Part shown: positions 39,742-48,779 of the stretch, in pieces
Layout: each line of letters opens with the position of its first letter
How positions within the stretch are numbered: position 1 is the stretch's first letter
DNA from: an uncultured Anaerolineae bacterium
GTDB lineage: Bacteria; Chloroflexota; Anaerolineae; JAADDB01
Assembly: GCA_964487375.1 (NCBI GenBank)
Contig: CAZAQA010000007.1
Span: forward strand, 46,168-110,167
Reading direction: 5' to 3'
Length of the DNA stretch: 64,000 nucleotides
Notes under the pieces: generated by a model
What the model saw: only the letters and a program-made list of their open reading frames with translations
Database searches by the model: none
Told to the model about the DNA's origin: nothing
Made by a program: the position numbers and the translations under genes

Positions 39742-39809
39742 CGTTCAAGTGGCCTCGGCAGAGAAATGGCGCCCCACCGACACTCTGACGTCGGTGGGGC
39801 GAAGCTCTC

Positions 39810-40814
39810 TCATTTAATCGGCGTTGTGTCCTTAACGACTTTGATCTTGCCGGCCTTTAAGTCCTTCAGAATTTGTTCCATTTCCTTGTTCAGATCGGCC
39901 GACACGTTGTGGACAGGAATCTGGATAGTGGTCCCTGTATCCCACCCCATGGGGTAGTACCCACCTGCTTGGCCGTTCTGAATGTTCTTGACAATGTCTT
40001 TGAGAGGCCGACTGTAGTCATACAGTGCAGCCGTCAGGTAATTGTCTGGGCCAAATTCCGATTTGTCAGAGTACTTGGCGGTGATCCACACTTTGTTGGG
40101 AGCTGCCTTTGCTGCTTCGAATACGCCCAACATGCCCAGATTCAGTGACCCCATGATGACGTCCACCCCGTCTGAGATCATGGCGTCCGCCAGCTCTCGA
40201 CCTTTAGTGGGGTCGTTGAAATCTCCGACCCAGACGGGCTTTAACTCTACACTTTTGCCGCTTGCCTTGATCCCTTGCTGAGCCGCGTGGACCTCAGCAT
40301 AGGAAAAAGGCAGGGTGAGCCCGCCAATGTAGCCGACCTTCCCCGTTTTGGATACCTTGGCCGCCAAATAGCCGAGGGGGTAGAAGGGCAGGTGCAGATT
40401 GCGGTCCATGACCCACAGATTTGCCGGAGGATTCTTGGCCGGCGCGTCTGATTCGGCGACGAAGTGGACTTTCGGATACTCTTTGGCCATCTTCACCGTC
40501 TGATTGAAGAACTGACCACCGTGGGTCCAAATAATATTGTACCCTTGGTCTATGTATTCCCGCATCACTCGTTCGACATCCGGGACGGCCACTTTTTCGG
40601 AGTACCCGATCTTGAGTCCTATATCCTTGTTGACAGCTTTCAGGGCCATGTAGCCCAGGGTGTTGTAATCCGCATCGGTGATGACACCCGGAAAGATCGC
40701 CGCCACTTTGTACGTCTTTTTGCCCCCGGTCTGAGGTTGCAGAGCTGAACACTGGGCAAAAACAAGAGCAACGATCAACAGTAAAAGGGTGAGTAAATAG
40801 GTCCGACGGCGCAT
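39810..40814 (-). CDS. BMP family ABC transporter substrate-binding lipoprotein (PnrA/Med-like)
   Basis: 334 aa with signal peptide plus Cys. BMP-family pattern is present. Confidence 0.8.
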   Translation of the reverse strand: MRRRTYLLTLLLLIVALVFAQCSALQPQTGGKKTYKVAAIFPGVITDADYNTLGYMALKAVNKDIGLKIGYSEKVAVPDVERVMREYIDQGYNIIWTHGGQFFNQTVKMAKEYPKVHFVAESDAPAKNPPANLWVMDRNLHLPFYPLGYLAAKVSKTGKVGYIGGLTLPFSYAEVHAAQQGIKASGKSVELKPVWVGDFNDPTKGRELADAMISDGVDVIMGSLNLGMLGVFEAAKAAPNKVWITAKYSDKSEFGPDNYLTAALYDYSRPLKDIVKNIQNGQAGGYYPMGWDTGTTIQIPVHNVSADLNKEMEQILKDLKAGKIKVVKDTTPIK

Positions 40815-40911
40815 GGTGTCTCCTCCTTGTACGGTGATACCCGGTTAAGTGTTGGGGGATGGGTGCAGTACGTCCTCCGTTGTCCGGGATTTGGGATAGA
40901 GGCTTTCGACC

Positions 40912-40940
40912 GACTGGCGCTAGTATAGCAGCATTCGGAG
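40912..40940 (-). promoter_or_regulatory. Candidate sigma70 promoter for the BMP ABC transporter operon
   Basis: On the minus strand: TTGACA, a 17-nt spacer, then TATACT, about 90 nt upstream of the substrate-binding-protein ATG. Confidence 0.4.
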
Positions 40941-41129
40941 ATGCTGTCAACCGAAAATCTTGAGCTTTTTTCACGGGGAAGCGGACCGACAATGAGGTCG
41001 GGTGGACGAGAGAAGGCCTCTCTCCACCCTTCTCCAGACAATAGACCACTGACTTTTCGTGGGATGATGGGCTGTGGGGCCTGTCCCTTGTCCAAATGGG
41101 CGGCCCTTTCTGATCCCCGCGACCTTTCT

Positions 41130-41330
41130 CTATTCTTGCGTCGTCACGTCTCGGTCCGGCTCGATCGTGGCAACCCAGGGCTCGCGTTTGATCACGTCAA
41201 TGACGTCTTGAGAGGCCTCGACGGCCAACCCGGGAATTAGCTTGAACACCCGGATGACGTGCCCCCCTAGAGCCTCAATGCGCTCACGGTGGACTTCCGG
41301 CTCCCCCCGGACTCGTATGATGATCCGCAC
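41130..41330 (-). CDS. Small standalone protein resembling a subtilase propeptide (inhibitor I9-like)
   Basis: Trimmed to the GTG after GGAGGA. GGHVIRVFKLIPGLAVEASQDVIDVIKREPWVATIEPDRDV matches the I9 propeptide pattern. A hairpin at 41353-41378 probably terminates the upstream gene. Confidence 0.4.
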   Translation of the reverse strand: MRIIIRVRGEPEVHRERIEALGGHVIRVFKLIPGLAVEASQDVIDVIKREPWVATIEPDRDVTTQE

Positions 41331-41393
41331 TTGATCCTCCGCAAAAGGGGTGTTGGAGCAAAGAACTCCCTGCTCCAACGCCCCGCTATTCCT

Positions 41394-41951
41394 CTACACA
41401 GAAGACTTTCCGCCGCCTGATTCCAGCCGTTTCCAACCGCCGACAATGGCCACGGTCAGGATGGCTGCAATAATGAGCTCAGCAATAGCTTGTGGAATGA
41501 TGGAGGGAATGGCCGCAACTGGGAGAAGTTTGACCAGGACGGCCATGCCCAGCACTAATACCGTGTTGGTCAGAGTGCCCAGCACGCCGGCAATAGCAAG
41601 TGCTGGAATTTCACCAAACGCCCGCCTGCTCCCGACATAGGCGTAGAAAGCGACCACGCCAATCCAAATGCGAGGGAATACGGACACCAGCGGATTCTTG
41701 AACAAGGGCGAGGTCGCCTGCAAGAAGCTAAACAACCCGAAGATGGTGCCAATGAGCGCCCCGACCAACGGCCCTTCCATTACGCCGCCCAAAATGGCGG
41801 GAACGTGCATGATGGTTGCATTTCCCGAAATGTTAGGCACCGGGATGAAGCCGATGCGAGTGACTCCTAACAGGATGGCAAGAGCGGCCATGATGCCCGT
41901 GACGACGATTTTACGAATCGAGAGTACTGATTGATTGACTGATTGCTCCAT
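41394..41951 (-). CDS. ECF transporter S component (substrate-specific; specificity unknown)
   Basis: 185 aa. About six TM helices with small-residue-rich helices typical of ECF S components. In the same operon as ecfT and ecfAA'. Confidence 0.5.
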   Translation of the reverse strand: MEQSVNQSVLSIRKIVVTGIMAALAILLGVTRIGFIPVPNISGNATIMHVPAILGGVMEGPLVGALIGTIFGLFSFLQATSPLFKNPLVSVFPRIWIGVVAFYAYVGSRRAFGEIPALAIAGVLGTLTNTVLVLGMAVLVKLLPVAAIPSIIPQAIAELIIAAILTVAIVGGWKRLESGGGKSSV

Positions 41952-42066
41952 GATAACCTCCTGGTGGACCTTCGCTTGCTGTACACGTTTGGGGGATGGA
42001 TGACATGATCGCCACGTGTACGACTCTCCTTTCGGTTATCACCTCCTTTCGCGGTACTGCAAACAC

Positions 42067-43023
42067 TTATTTAACCGCAGGGACTCCGTGCAAAGAAGTG
42101 GCCTCTCGCGCCGCACGCACGATGGCCGCGGCCAACACGTCGGCCGCGGCGGCGACAATGGCCGTCAGGCGCCCCTTTTTCCCCCCGGTCGAAAGGGCAA
42201 ACACTGTATCCCCATCCAACTCCGTGTGTACGGGCCGAATGGCTCGCGCCAACCCGTCATGGGCCGCACTCGCGAGCGCGGTCAGTTGAGCCTGGTCCAG
42301 ATGCGCATCTGTGGCCACAACGGCCAGAGTCGTATTCGTCCCCATCATGCCTAAGATCGTCTGGCCCAGGTTGCCTCGTACCGCTTCGGCCGTATTGAGG
42401 AATCCTCCAACCACTGGCTTGCGCGTGCCGGCGATAATCGTACCGCTGGCGGGGTCCACCACGTCGCCCAAGGCGTTGACCGCGACGAGTGCACCGACGG
42501 TGATGCCCTTCCCAATTTTCACGCTTGCGCTGCCCAGTCCGCCCTTCATCATGTAGCGTGGTCCCAACAACTTGCCCACAGTAGCCCCTGTGCCCGCGCC
42601 CACATTGCCCATGACTACAGGTTCATCCGTGGCCGACTCACAGGCCCGATAGCCGGCGTCCCCGTCTGGGTAGGCCTTGGGATCCCCTATCATCAGGTCG
42701 AAGAGGACGGCAGCGGGGACGATGGGCACCCGACCAAACCCCGTGTCGAACCCGTAATCCCGTTCCACGAGCCAGCGCATAACCCCATCGGCTGCAGCTA
42801 AGCCGAACGCGGATCCCCCGGTCAGAAGGATGGCATGAACGGCCTGGACGGTTTTCTCCGGGCGTAGCAGGTCGGTCTCGCGAGTGCCCGGCGCCAGTCC
42901 ACGCACGTCAACGCCGGCACGAGCGCCTTGAGGTGTCAGCACGACGGTACAACCGGTTGCCCGTTCGAGATCCGTGTAATGTCCTACCAGTAAGTTGGGA
43001 ACTGCTGTCAAGGTCTCATTCAT
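42067..43023 (-). CDS. P1/S58 family peptidase (DmpA-like L-aminopeptidase)
   Basis: 318 aa. The DmpA/ArgJ-like fold pattern is present, including the GTNTTLAVVATDA self-processing region. Confidence 0.75.
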   Translation of the reverse strand: MNETLTAVPNLLVGHYTDLERATGCTVVLTPQGARAGVDVRGLAPGTRETDLLRPEKTVQAVHAILLTGGSAFGLAAADGVMRWLVERDYGFDTGFGRVPIVPAAVLFDLMIGDPKAYPDGDAGYRACESATDEPVVMGNVGAGTGATVGKLLGPRYMMKGGLGSASVKIGKGITVGALVAVNALGDVVDPASGTIIAGTRKPVVGGFLNTAEAVRGNLGQTILGMMGTNTTLAVVATDAHLDQAQLTALASAAHDGLARAIRPVHTELDGDTVFALSTGGKKGRLTAIVAAAADVLAAAIVRAAREATSLHGVPAVK

Positions 43024-43061
43024 GTGCCATCACTCGATTGCCCGACGCCCGAGAGCAGGTA

Positions 43062-44288
43062 TCAGGCGTTGGGTATTAGATATCGCATCGCCGCAACGAT
43101 GTAGATTTTTGCCGCCTCTACCAACTGTGCGATCTCCACGTACTCGTCCACGTGGTGGGGGATGTAGATGTCGCCGGGGCCGCAGGTGACAATGGGCACA
43201 CCTGCTTGCGTGTATAATATTGTACCATCGGTCGTGCCCGGTACGCCACCGTACACCGGCTCCCTCCCGGCCACGTCATGGGTAGCCGCGGCCAGAGCCT
43301 GAACGACGGGCTCATCGCGAGGAGTGTCCGTGGGAGGTCGGGCGTCAATAACGTCGAAGGTGAACTGAATCCGTGACTCCTCTTCCTGCAGTTGGGCGGA
43401 GATAGCTTTCAAGTCGTTGAGGGTCACATCCACATCCTGCCCGGGAATCATGCGAATGTCGAGCACGGCACGGGCCACCTCGGGGATGACATTGTTGGTG
43501 CCGTGTTCGTCCAAAGGAGCGTGGATGTGGGTGGGGCTCAGGCTGGGAGTGCCCAGGAACTCGTGTTCCCCATAGCGTTGTGGGTATTCCTTTTCCAATT
43601 CGTGGACTCCGGCGATGAAGCGGGAGAGATAGGTGATGGGGTTCACGCCGGTATAGGGCATGGCCCCATGGGCCATGATACCCTTCACCGTTACATCCAC
43701 CCACATGACGCCTTTCTGGGCAATGCAGAGTCGGTTGTCCTCCGGCTCACAGACAATGGCCGCACTGACGGTATCGGCCCAGCCGCGGCGCACAAAGTCC
43801 TTGATGCCCAACATCAGGCCCTCTTCGTCTGCAATGGCGCCCAAGAGGATATCTCCTCTCAGACGGATGCCGCTATCGACAATGGCCTTGATGGCGGCCA
43901 TGGCTGCAGCCAGGCCACTTTTCATGTCGTTGGCCCCGCGACCGTAGATGCGACCGTCGACAATCTCTGCACCGAAGGGATCATATGTCCAGGCATCTCG
44001 ATTGCCTTCGGTCACCACGTCCGTGTGCCCTTCGAACATAAGGCGTTTGTCCGCCCTGGTGCCGGGAAGGATAGCAATGACGTTGGGACGGCCCGGCGCT
44101 GCCCATTCGAAGTGGGTTTCCAGGCCCATCTCTTGGCAACGGTCTTCGATCCAGCGGGCTGCCGGCGTCTCTACGTCGGTTTTACCCGGTCGCGGAACGG
44201 TGTCAAAGCGTACCAGTTCCTGAGTCCAGCGGACGAGGAGCTCCTCATCCAGGTGGGAGAGCGCCTTCTTTTCCAATTCTGTGAGCAT
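43062..44288 (-). CDS. M20 family metallopeptidase (ArgE/DapE-like deacylase)
   Basis: 408 aa. Metal-binding motifs HTDVV, GANDMKSG and IADEEG. Confidence 0.8.
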   Translation of the reverse strand: MLTELEKKALSHLDEELLVRWTQELVRFDTVPRPGKTDVETPAARWIEDRCQEMGLETHFEWAAPGRPNVIAILPGTRADKRLMFEGHTDVVTEGNRDAWTYDPFGAEIVDGRIYGRGANDMKSGLAAAMAAIKAIVDSGIRLRGDILLGAIADEEGLMLGIKDFVRRGWADTVSAAIVCEPEDNRLCIAQKGVMWVDVTVKGIMAHGAMPYTGVNPITYLSRFIAGVHELEKEYPQRYGEHEFLGTPSLSPTHIHAPLDEHGTNNVIPEVARAVLDIRMIPGQDVDVTLNDLKAISAQLQEEESRIQFTFDVIDARPPTDTPRDEPVVQALAAATHDVAGREPVYGGVPGTTDGTILYTQAGVPIVTCGPGDIYIPHHVDEYVEIAQLVEAAKIYIVAAMRYLIPNA

Positions 44289-44355
44289 GATGAACCTCGT
44301 CTCATATAGGGATTTGACATTGCTCAGAGGACGATCACCGACTCGGTGGTCGTCC

Positions 44356-45213
44356 TCACCAGGGCCAAGGGGTGAGCAGCACCAGTGCTGCCAGGAAAAA
44401 GGCGATGATCAACCCCACATAGTCCACGCGGGTACTGCGCAGTTCTGTGAAGTGGGTGCGTCCCCGTCCCCCCACATAACATCGCGCTTCCATGGCCAGA
44501 ATAAGGTCCTCCGCGCGCTGAAACGCGCCCATGAACAGAGGAACCAGTACCGGCAACAGGGCCTTTGTCTGCTGGATGAATTTCAGCCTGCCCCGTTGAC
44601 CGAGGTCCGCACCACGGGAAACCTGGGCCTTCATGATACGTTCCAACTCTTCAGCGAAGGTGGGAACGAAGCGCAGGGCAATGGTGATGATCAGGGCAAG
44701 TTCGTGAGCGGGAAAGTTGAAACGTTCCTGCAGGGGGGTAAACAGCCGCTCGATGCCGTGGGCAAGCTCGGTCGTGGTGGTGGTCAGAGTCAGCAGGCTG
44801 GTCAGCATGAGCAGCTCCACGAAGCGGGCTGCGGAGACCAGCGCTAATTTGATGCTGCACGTGGTGACATGGATGAACCACGCGTCCAGCAGGTGGACAC
44901 AGGTTCCCACGGCCCCGCTGGCGAAGCCCTCCGTATAAAAAGCCATCTGTAGAGCCATCAAAACGATGAGGAAGGGCAAGGCGGGCTTGAGGCCGCTGAG
45001 AGCGTAGCGCACTGGCACATGACCGATGACCAGGAGGCCCCCCAAAAGAATCAGCAAGATCACGTTACCCACGTACGTGGCCGTGAATGTGATGGCAGCG
45101 ACCAGAATAGTGAATGCAAGCAGTTTAAAGCGTGGGTCCATGCGATGAACGGGTGACGCTACCGGCAGGTACTGCCCGATGGTGACGTTTCGCAAAAGTT
45201 CGAATTCGTCCAT
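44356..45213 (-). CDS. ecfT: Energy-coupling factor transporter transmembrane protein EcfT
   Basis: 285 aa. CbiQ/EcfT family. Confidence 0.8.
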   Translation of the reverse strand: MDEFELLRNVTIGQYLPVASPVHRMDPRFKLLAFTILVAAITFTATYVGNVILLILLGGLLVIGHVPVRYALSGLKPALPFLIVLMALQMAFYTEGFASGAVGTCVHLLDAWFIHVTTCSIKLALVSAARFVELLMLTSLLTLTTTTTELAHGIERLFTPLQERFNFPAHELALIITIALRFVPTFAEELERIMKAQVSRGADLGQRGRLKFIQQTKALLPVLVPLFMGAFQRAEDLILAMEARCYVGGRGRTHFTELRSTRVDYVGLIIAFFLAALVLLTPWPW

Positions 45214-45327
45214 AGATTATCCCTGCGCTTTTCGGTTATCCAGTCATCTCCGCCTAAGATGAAAGCGGGCAAGGGGGCGTTTGCTATTGAAAAGACGGAA
45301 CGGGATCGTCGCTCATCTGGGCCCGTC

Positions 45328-47133
45328 CTAAGTCGACTGAGGACGGCGCTGCAATAGGATCGCACTGATTTGCTCGACGGCTTCCTCCACAGTCAGACAA
45401 TCACGGCGGACAGGGAAACCGACATCGGCCAGAGCGTGCATGGCCTGGGTTACCTGGGGAATTCCTAGATGAAGATCGTAAAGCACTTTCGGTCGGGCAA
45501 AGAGCTGCCGTGGCGTCCCTGACGTAATTGTGCGACCATCGGCTTGTACAAAGGCTCGGTCGGCCAATCGGGCTACGTCCTCCATATTGTGCGACGCGAT
45601 GACCAGCGTGAGTTCCCATTCTTGTTTTAAGCGCCTGATCAACTTGAGGAGTTGCTTATGGCCGGCCGGATCCATGCCGGCCGTAGGCTCGTCAAGGACG
45701 AGCACCTCTGGACGCAGAGCAAGCACGCCAGCCAGGGCGGCCCGACGCTTCTCTCCACCACTGAGGGAGAAGGTATAACGGTCCTTGTACGTCTCGAAAT
45801 CCAGCCCGACGATATTCATGGCTTCACGCACCCGGTCTCGCACCTCTTCGTGATTCATCCCGAGCTGTCGCGGGCCAAAAGCTACGTCATCCCCTACGTA
45901 GCGTTCGAAAAGCTGCGCCTCGGGAAACTGGAAGACCAGTCCTACCCGACGACGGAGGGCGCGCAGGTCTACGCTAGGATCGGCGAGGTCATAATCTAGA
46001 ACGCGCATTCTTCCCCCATGGGGCCGAAGAAGGCCGTTGATGTGCTGAATGAATGTGCTCTTGCCACTCCCCGTGTGACCGAGAAGCGCGACGGTCTCTT
46101 GGGTTTCTGCGTCGAAATCCAGACCCTTGAGGGCATGAACCGCCAGAGGAGTACCACGCATGTAGTAATGTTGCAAGGCACGTGCCTCGATGGCCAGAGG
46201 CTTCGGTGAAGGGGTCATCGGCGTGTATTCTGTAGGCAAGGGCGGAAGATTCTCATCAAAAGGAGTTCGTTCGTGAGCAGGTGGGGGAAAGGTCCCTGTG
46301 AGCGCATAGACCAGTTCGGGGACGGTCAGCACATCTTGAGGAATGTCGGGCTTGGCCACGCGCAGGCGTTGGGCCAGATCGGTAATGGGGGGAATGTCCA
46401 GGTCCAGCTCGCGCAGGCGTTTTGCCTGGGCGAAAACCTCCCGCGGGGTCCCCTGCAGGGCGATTTGGCCCTGGTGGAGGACAACTACCCGGTCTGCGAG
46501 GGTAGCTTCTTCCATGAAGTGGGTGATGGCGACGATGGTCACCCCTTCCTCTTTGTTCAATCTGCGGGCAATGCTGAGCACGTCCCGTCTTCCTAACGGG
46601 TCCAACAGGGCCGTGCTTTCATCCAGAACAAGCACCTCCGGCTTCATGGCGATGATGCCGGCGATGGCGATCCGCTGTTTTTGTCCCCCGCTGAGGAGGT
46701 GGGGGGGGCGATGGCGGAAGGCTTGCATGCCTACCACATCCAGGGCCCAGCCCACCCGTCGGCGCAGCTCTTGATGGGGGACGCCCAGATTTTCGGGACC
46801 GAAGGCGACATCCTCCTCGACCACCGTGGCGACGATCTGATTATCCGGGTTTTGGAAGACCATGCCCACGGTTGAACGCACGTCCAGTCGATGGGACGCC
46901 TCTCGAGTGTTCCATGATTTCACCCATACGTCACCTTTGCTGGGCAGAAGAAGGCCGTTGAGATGCTTGGCGAGGGTGCTCTTACCACTTCCGTTGTGGC
47001 CGAGAATGACTACATACTCTCCAGGCGAAATGTCAAGGCTGATACCGCGCAACGCTTCGACCGGGGTGGAGGTTCCGGCGTTATAGGTATGCCAAACGTC
47101 GTCCAGACGAATGATGGGATCCATGAATGGCAT
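45328..47133 (-). CDS. ecfA: ECF transporter ATPase with fused EcfA1-EcfA2 domains
   Basis: Start assigned to the ATG giving MPFMDPIIRLDDV.... Two ABC domains (GHNGSGKST, GHTGSGKST), two signature motifs, and a Q-helix typical of EcfA. Confidence 0.8.
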   Translation of the reverse strand: MPFMDPIIRLDDVWHTYNAGTSTPVEALRGISLDISPGEYVVILGHNGSGKSTLAKHLNGLLLPSKGDVWVKSWNTREASHRLDVRSTVGMVFQNPDNQIVATVVEEDVAFGPENLGVPHQELRRRVGWALDVVGMQAFRHRPPHLLSGGQKQRIAIAGIIAMKPEVLVLDESTALLDPLGRRDVLSIARRLNKEEGVTIVAITHFMEEATLADRVVVLHQGQIALQGTPREVFAQAKRLRELDLDIPPITDLAQRLRVAKPDIPQDVLTVPELVYALTGTFPPPAHERTPFDENLPPLPTEYTPMTPSPKPLAIEARALQHYYMRGTPLAVHALKGLDFDAETQETVALLGHTGSGKSTFIQHINGLLRPHGGRMRVLDYDLADPSVDLRALRRRVGLVFQFPEAQLFERYVGDDVAFGPRQLGMNHEEVRDRVREAMNIVGLDFETYKDRYTFSLSGGEKRRAALAGVLALRPEVLVLDEPTAGMDPAGHKQLLKLIRRLKQEWELTLVIASHNMEDVARLADRAFVQADGRTITSGTPRQLFARPKVLYDLHLGIPQVTQAMHALADVGFPVRRDCLTVEEAVEQISAILLQRRPQST

Positions 47134-47742
47134 CACACTTCGTTCAGGGTTGTACGAACGTGCCTGTTGGCTTGGTGGGGGATGGGCACGCATTGTGTTA
47201 GCGCCTATTCTAGGGAAATACAGTCACTGTGTCAAATCGATATGTCAGACATCTCGACTTATTTGCGCGAGGCTGGACGGGTGGATGTCACTATTCTTTT
47301 GGGATGTCGCTCAGATGGGGACAGGTTCCTTGTCTCAAAAAATTCCGTCTCCGGAGGCAGCAGCCATAACGGGTAGGTGTTCATTGATTTGTGCAACATA
47401 ATGTCCGAACGGATTGTCTCCTCTCTTAAACGAACATGTCGAGTTTGGTCTTGTGTGAATATGTGGCTGTCGGTTTCCCCAGGCGTTGCAACTTGCGTCC
47501 AAGAAAAACCAGCAAGCGTCCGGTGATATGGAGCATCCGGTGCATCTGGACCATGGTCCACCCGCGTGTGTCCACACCCGCCTGTTGGAGCATGCGTTGC
47601 TGCGCGGCCTCCCTGAGCCGGTCTTTTCGAAGTTCGGCATAGTAATAATAGTGAACGTCATTGATGAAAAGCATTTCCCTCTCTCCTTGTGCCTTAATAC
47701 GAACCATCCATTATGCCTACCCTGACCATGCTCTAAGATGGT

Positions 47743-47930
47743 CTAGTACTCGGTCAAGAGTCACCTGAGAGTAAAAGTCCCCCGCTAAAGGATCGGGAAT
47801 TGCCGAATTCATTCGCCTGTACGGCCACGGGTAGACGAAGGTAGTGCCTTCGCCTGCCTGTTCTTGGGGGCCCTGTTTCAGGAAAGTCTCCATGGTTTAT
47901 CCTTCACTCCGTGATTGACCCAGTACTAGG
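47743..47930. repeat. MITE-like dispersed repeat, copy 2 of 3 (188 bp), with near-perfect terminal inverted repeats
   Basis: 5' end CCTAGTACTCGGTCAA; 3' end TTGACCCAGTACTAGG (reverse complement). The internal sequence is colinear with copies 1 and 3. Confidence 0.5.
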
Positions 47931-47989
47931 ACCAGGGCAGTGATCATACGGCCAACAGGTCGACCGGACCAGTGCTTCGCAGTTCAGGC

Positions 47990-48616
47990 TCAGAACAGGT
48001 TATCCGGCATGTCTCCTACGAAATAAGGCAAGTCTGCGTGCCCGAGCTGTTGGCGAACTGCATGAGCCTCGCCTGTGTGGAAGAAGTAATGGTAGGTAGT
48101 GCGCAGGACCTTGGTGCCTACGCTTTCGTCCGAGCGGACAAATCCCTGAGCCACCAGTGCTTCGGCCCTCTCTTTCGTGATGATCCCAAACACAGCACTT
48201 TTTAGTATCTCTGCTCCAGCACTCACGTCCTGTGTTAGATGTGTCCACAACTGTTCCTCTGTCAGTGTCGTCAGAAATCTGTCAGCGGCTTGGGTGATGT
48301 CATGCCACGCATCCCACATATCGGCCAGGGGAGGCGTCGAGGCTGGCTGGCCAAATCCCACCAATTTGTTCACGTTGGGCCAAGGCACTTCGCCTTGAGC
48401 AAAATAGACAAAATAGAACTGCTCCTGGGCTGCCATATGGCCGACCATCCAACTGATGCAGTTCATCGGCATGAGGCGACGACGTGCGTCTTCATCAGAT
48501 AAGCCTTCCAGACAGCGCACGAACTCACGGCGGGCGAAGCGGAGTTGTCTCACGAGGGGGTGGGGGACACTGATTCCAGTATATGTCTGTAAGTACTCGG
48601 CCTTTGTTCTAGGCAT
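47990..48616 (-). CDS. DinB/YfiT-like (DinB_2, DUF664) family protein
   Basis: About 208 aa with the DinB_2 metal-binding His pattern. The start is preceded by a tandem 15-nt duplication that includes the RBS. Confidence 0.6.
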   Translation of the reverse strand: MPRTKAEYLQTYTGISVPHPLVRQLRFARREFVRCLEGLSDEDARRRLMPMNCISWMVGHMAAQEQFYFVYFAQGEVPWPNVNKLVGFGQPASTPPLADMWDAWHDITQAADRFLTTLTEEQLWTHLTQDVSAGAEILKSAVFGIITKERAEALVAQGFVRSDESVGTKVLRTTYHYFFHTGEAHAVRQQLGHADLPYFVGDMPDNLF

Positions 48617-48779
48617 TCCTTCATTCCTTTCTCTATTCACCTTTCTCTATTCACTGGTTCAACTACGCATCAACTTGAGTGGAGGAGACGAAACCCACTC
48701 GATTCAACTTGATTTCATTATAGAAGGGCGGACTTAATGGAGACTAAACAGAATACCTGCTAAAGGGTGAGATGTGGCA

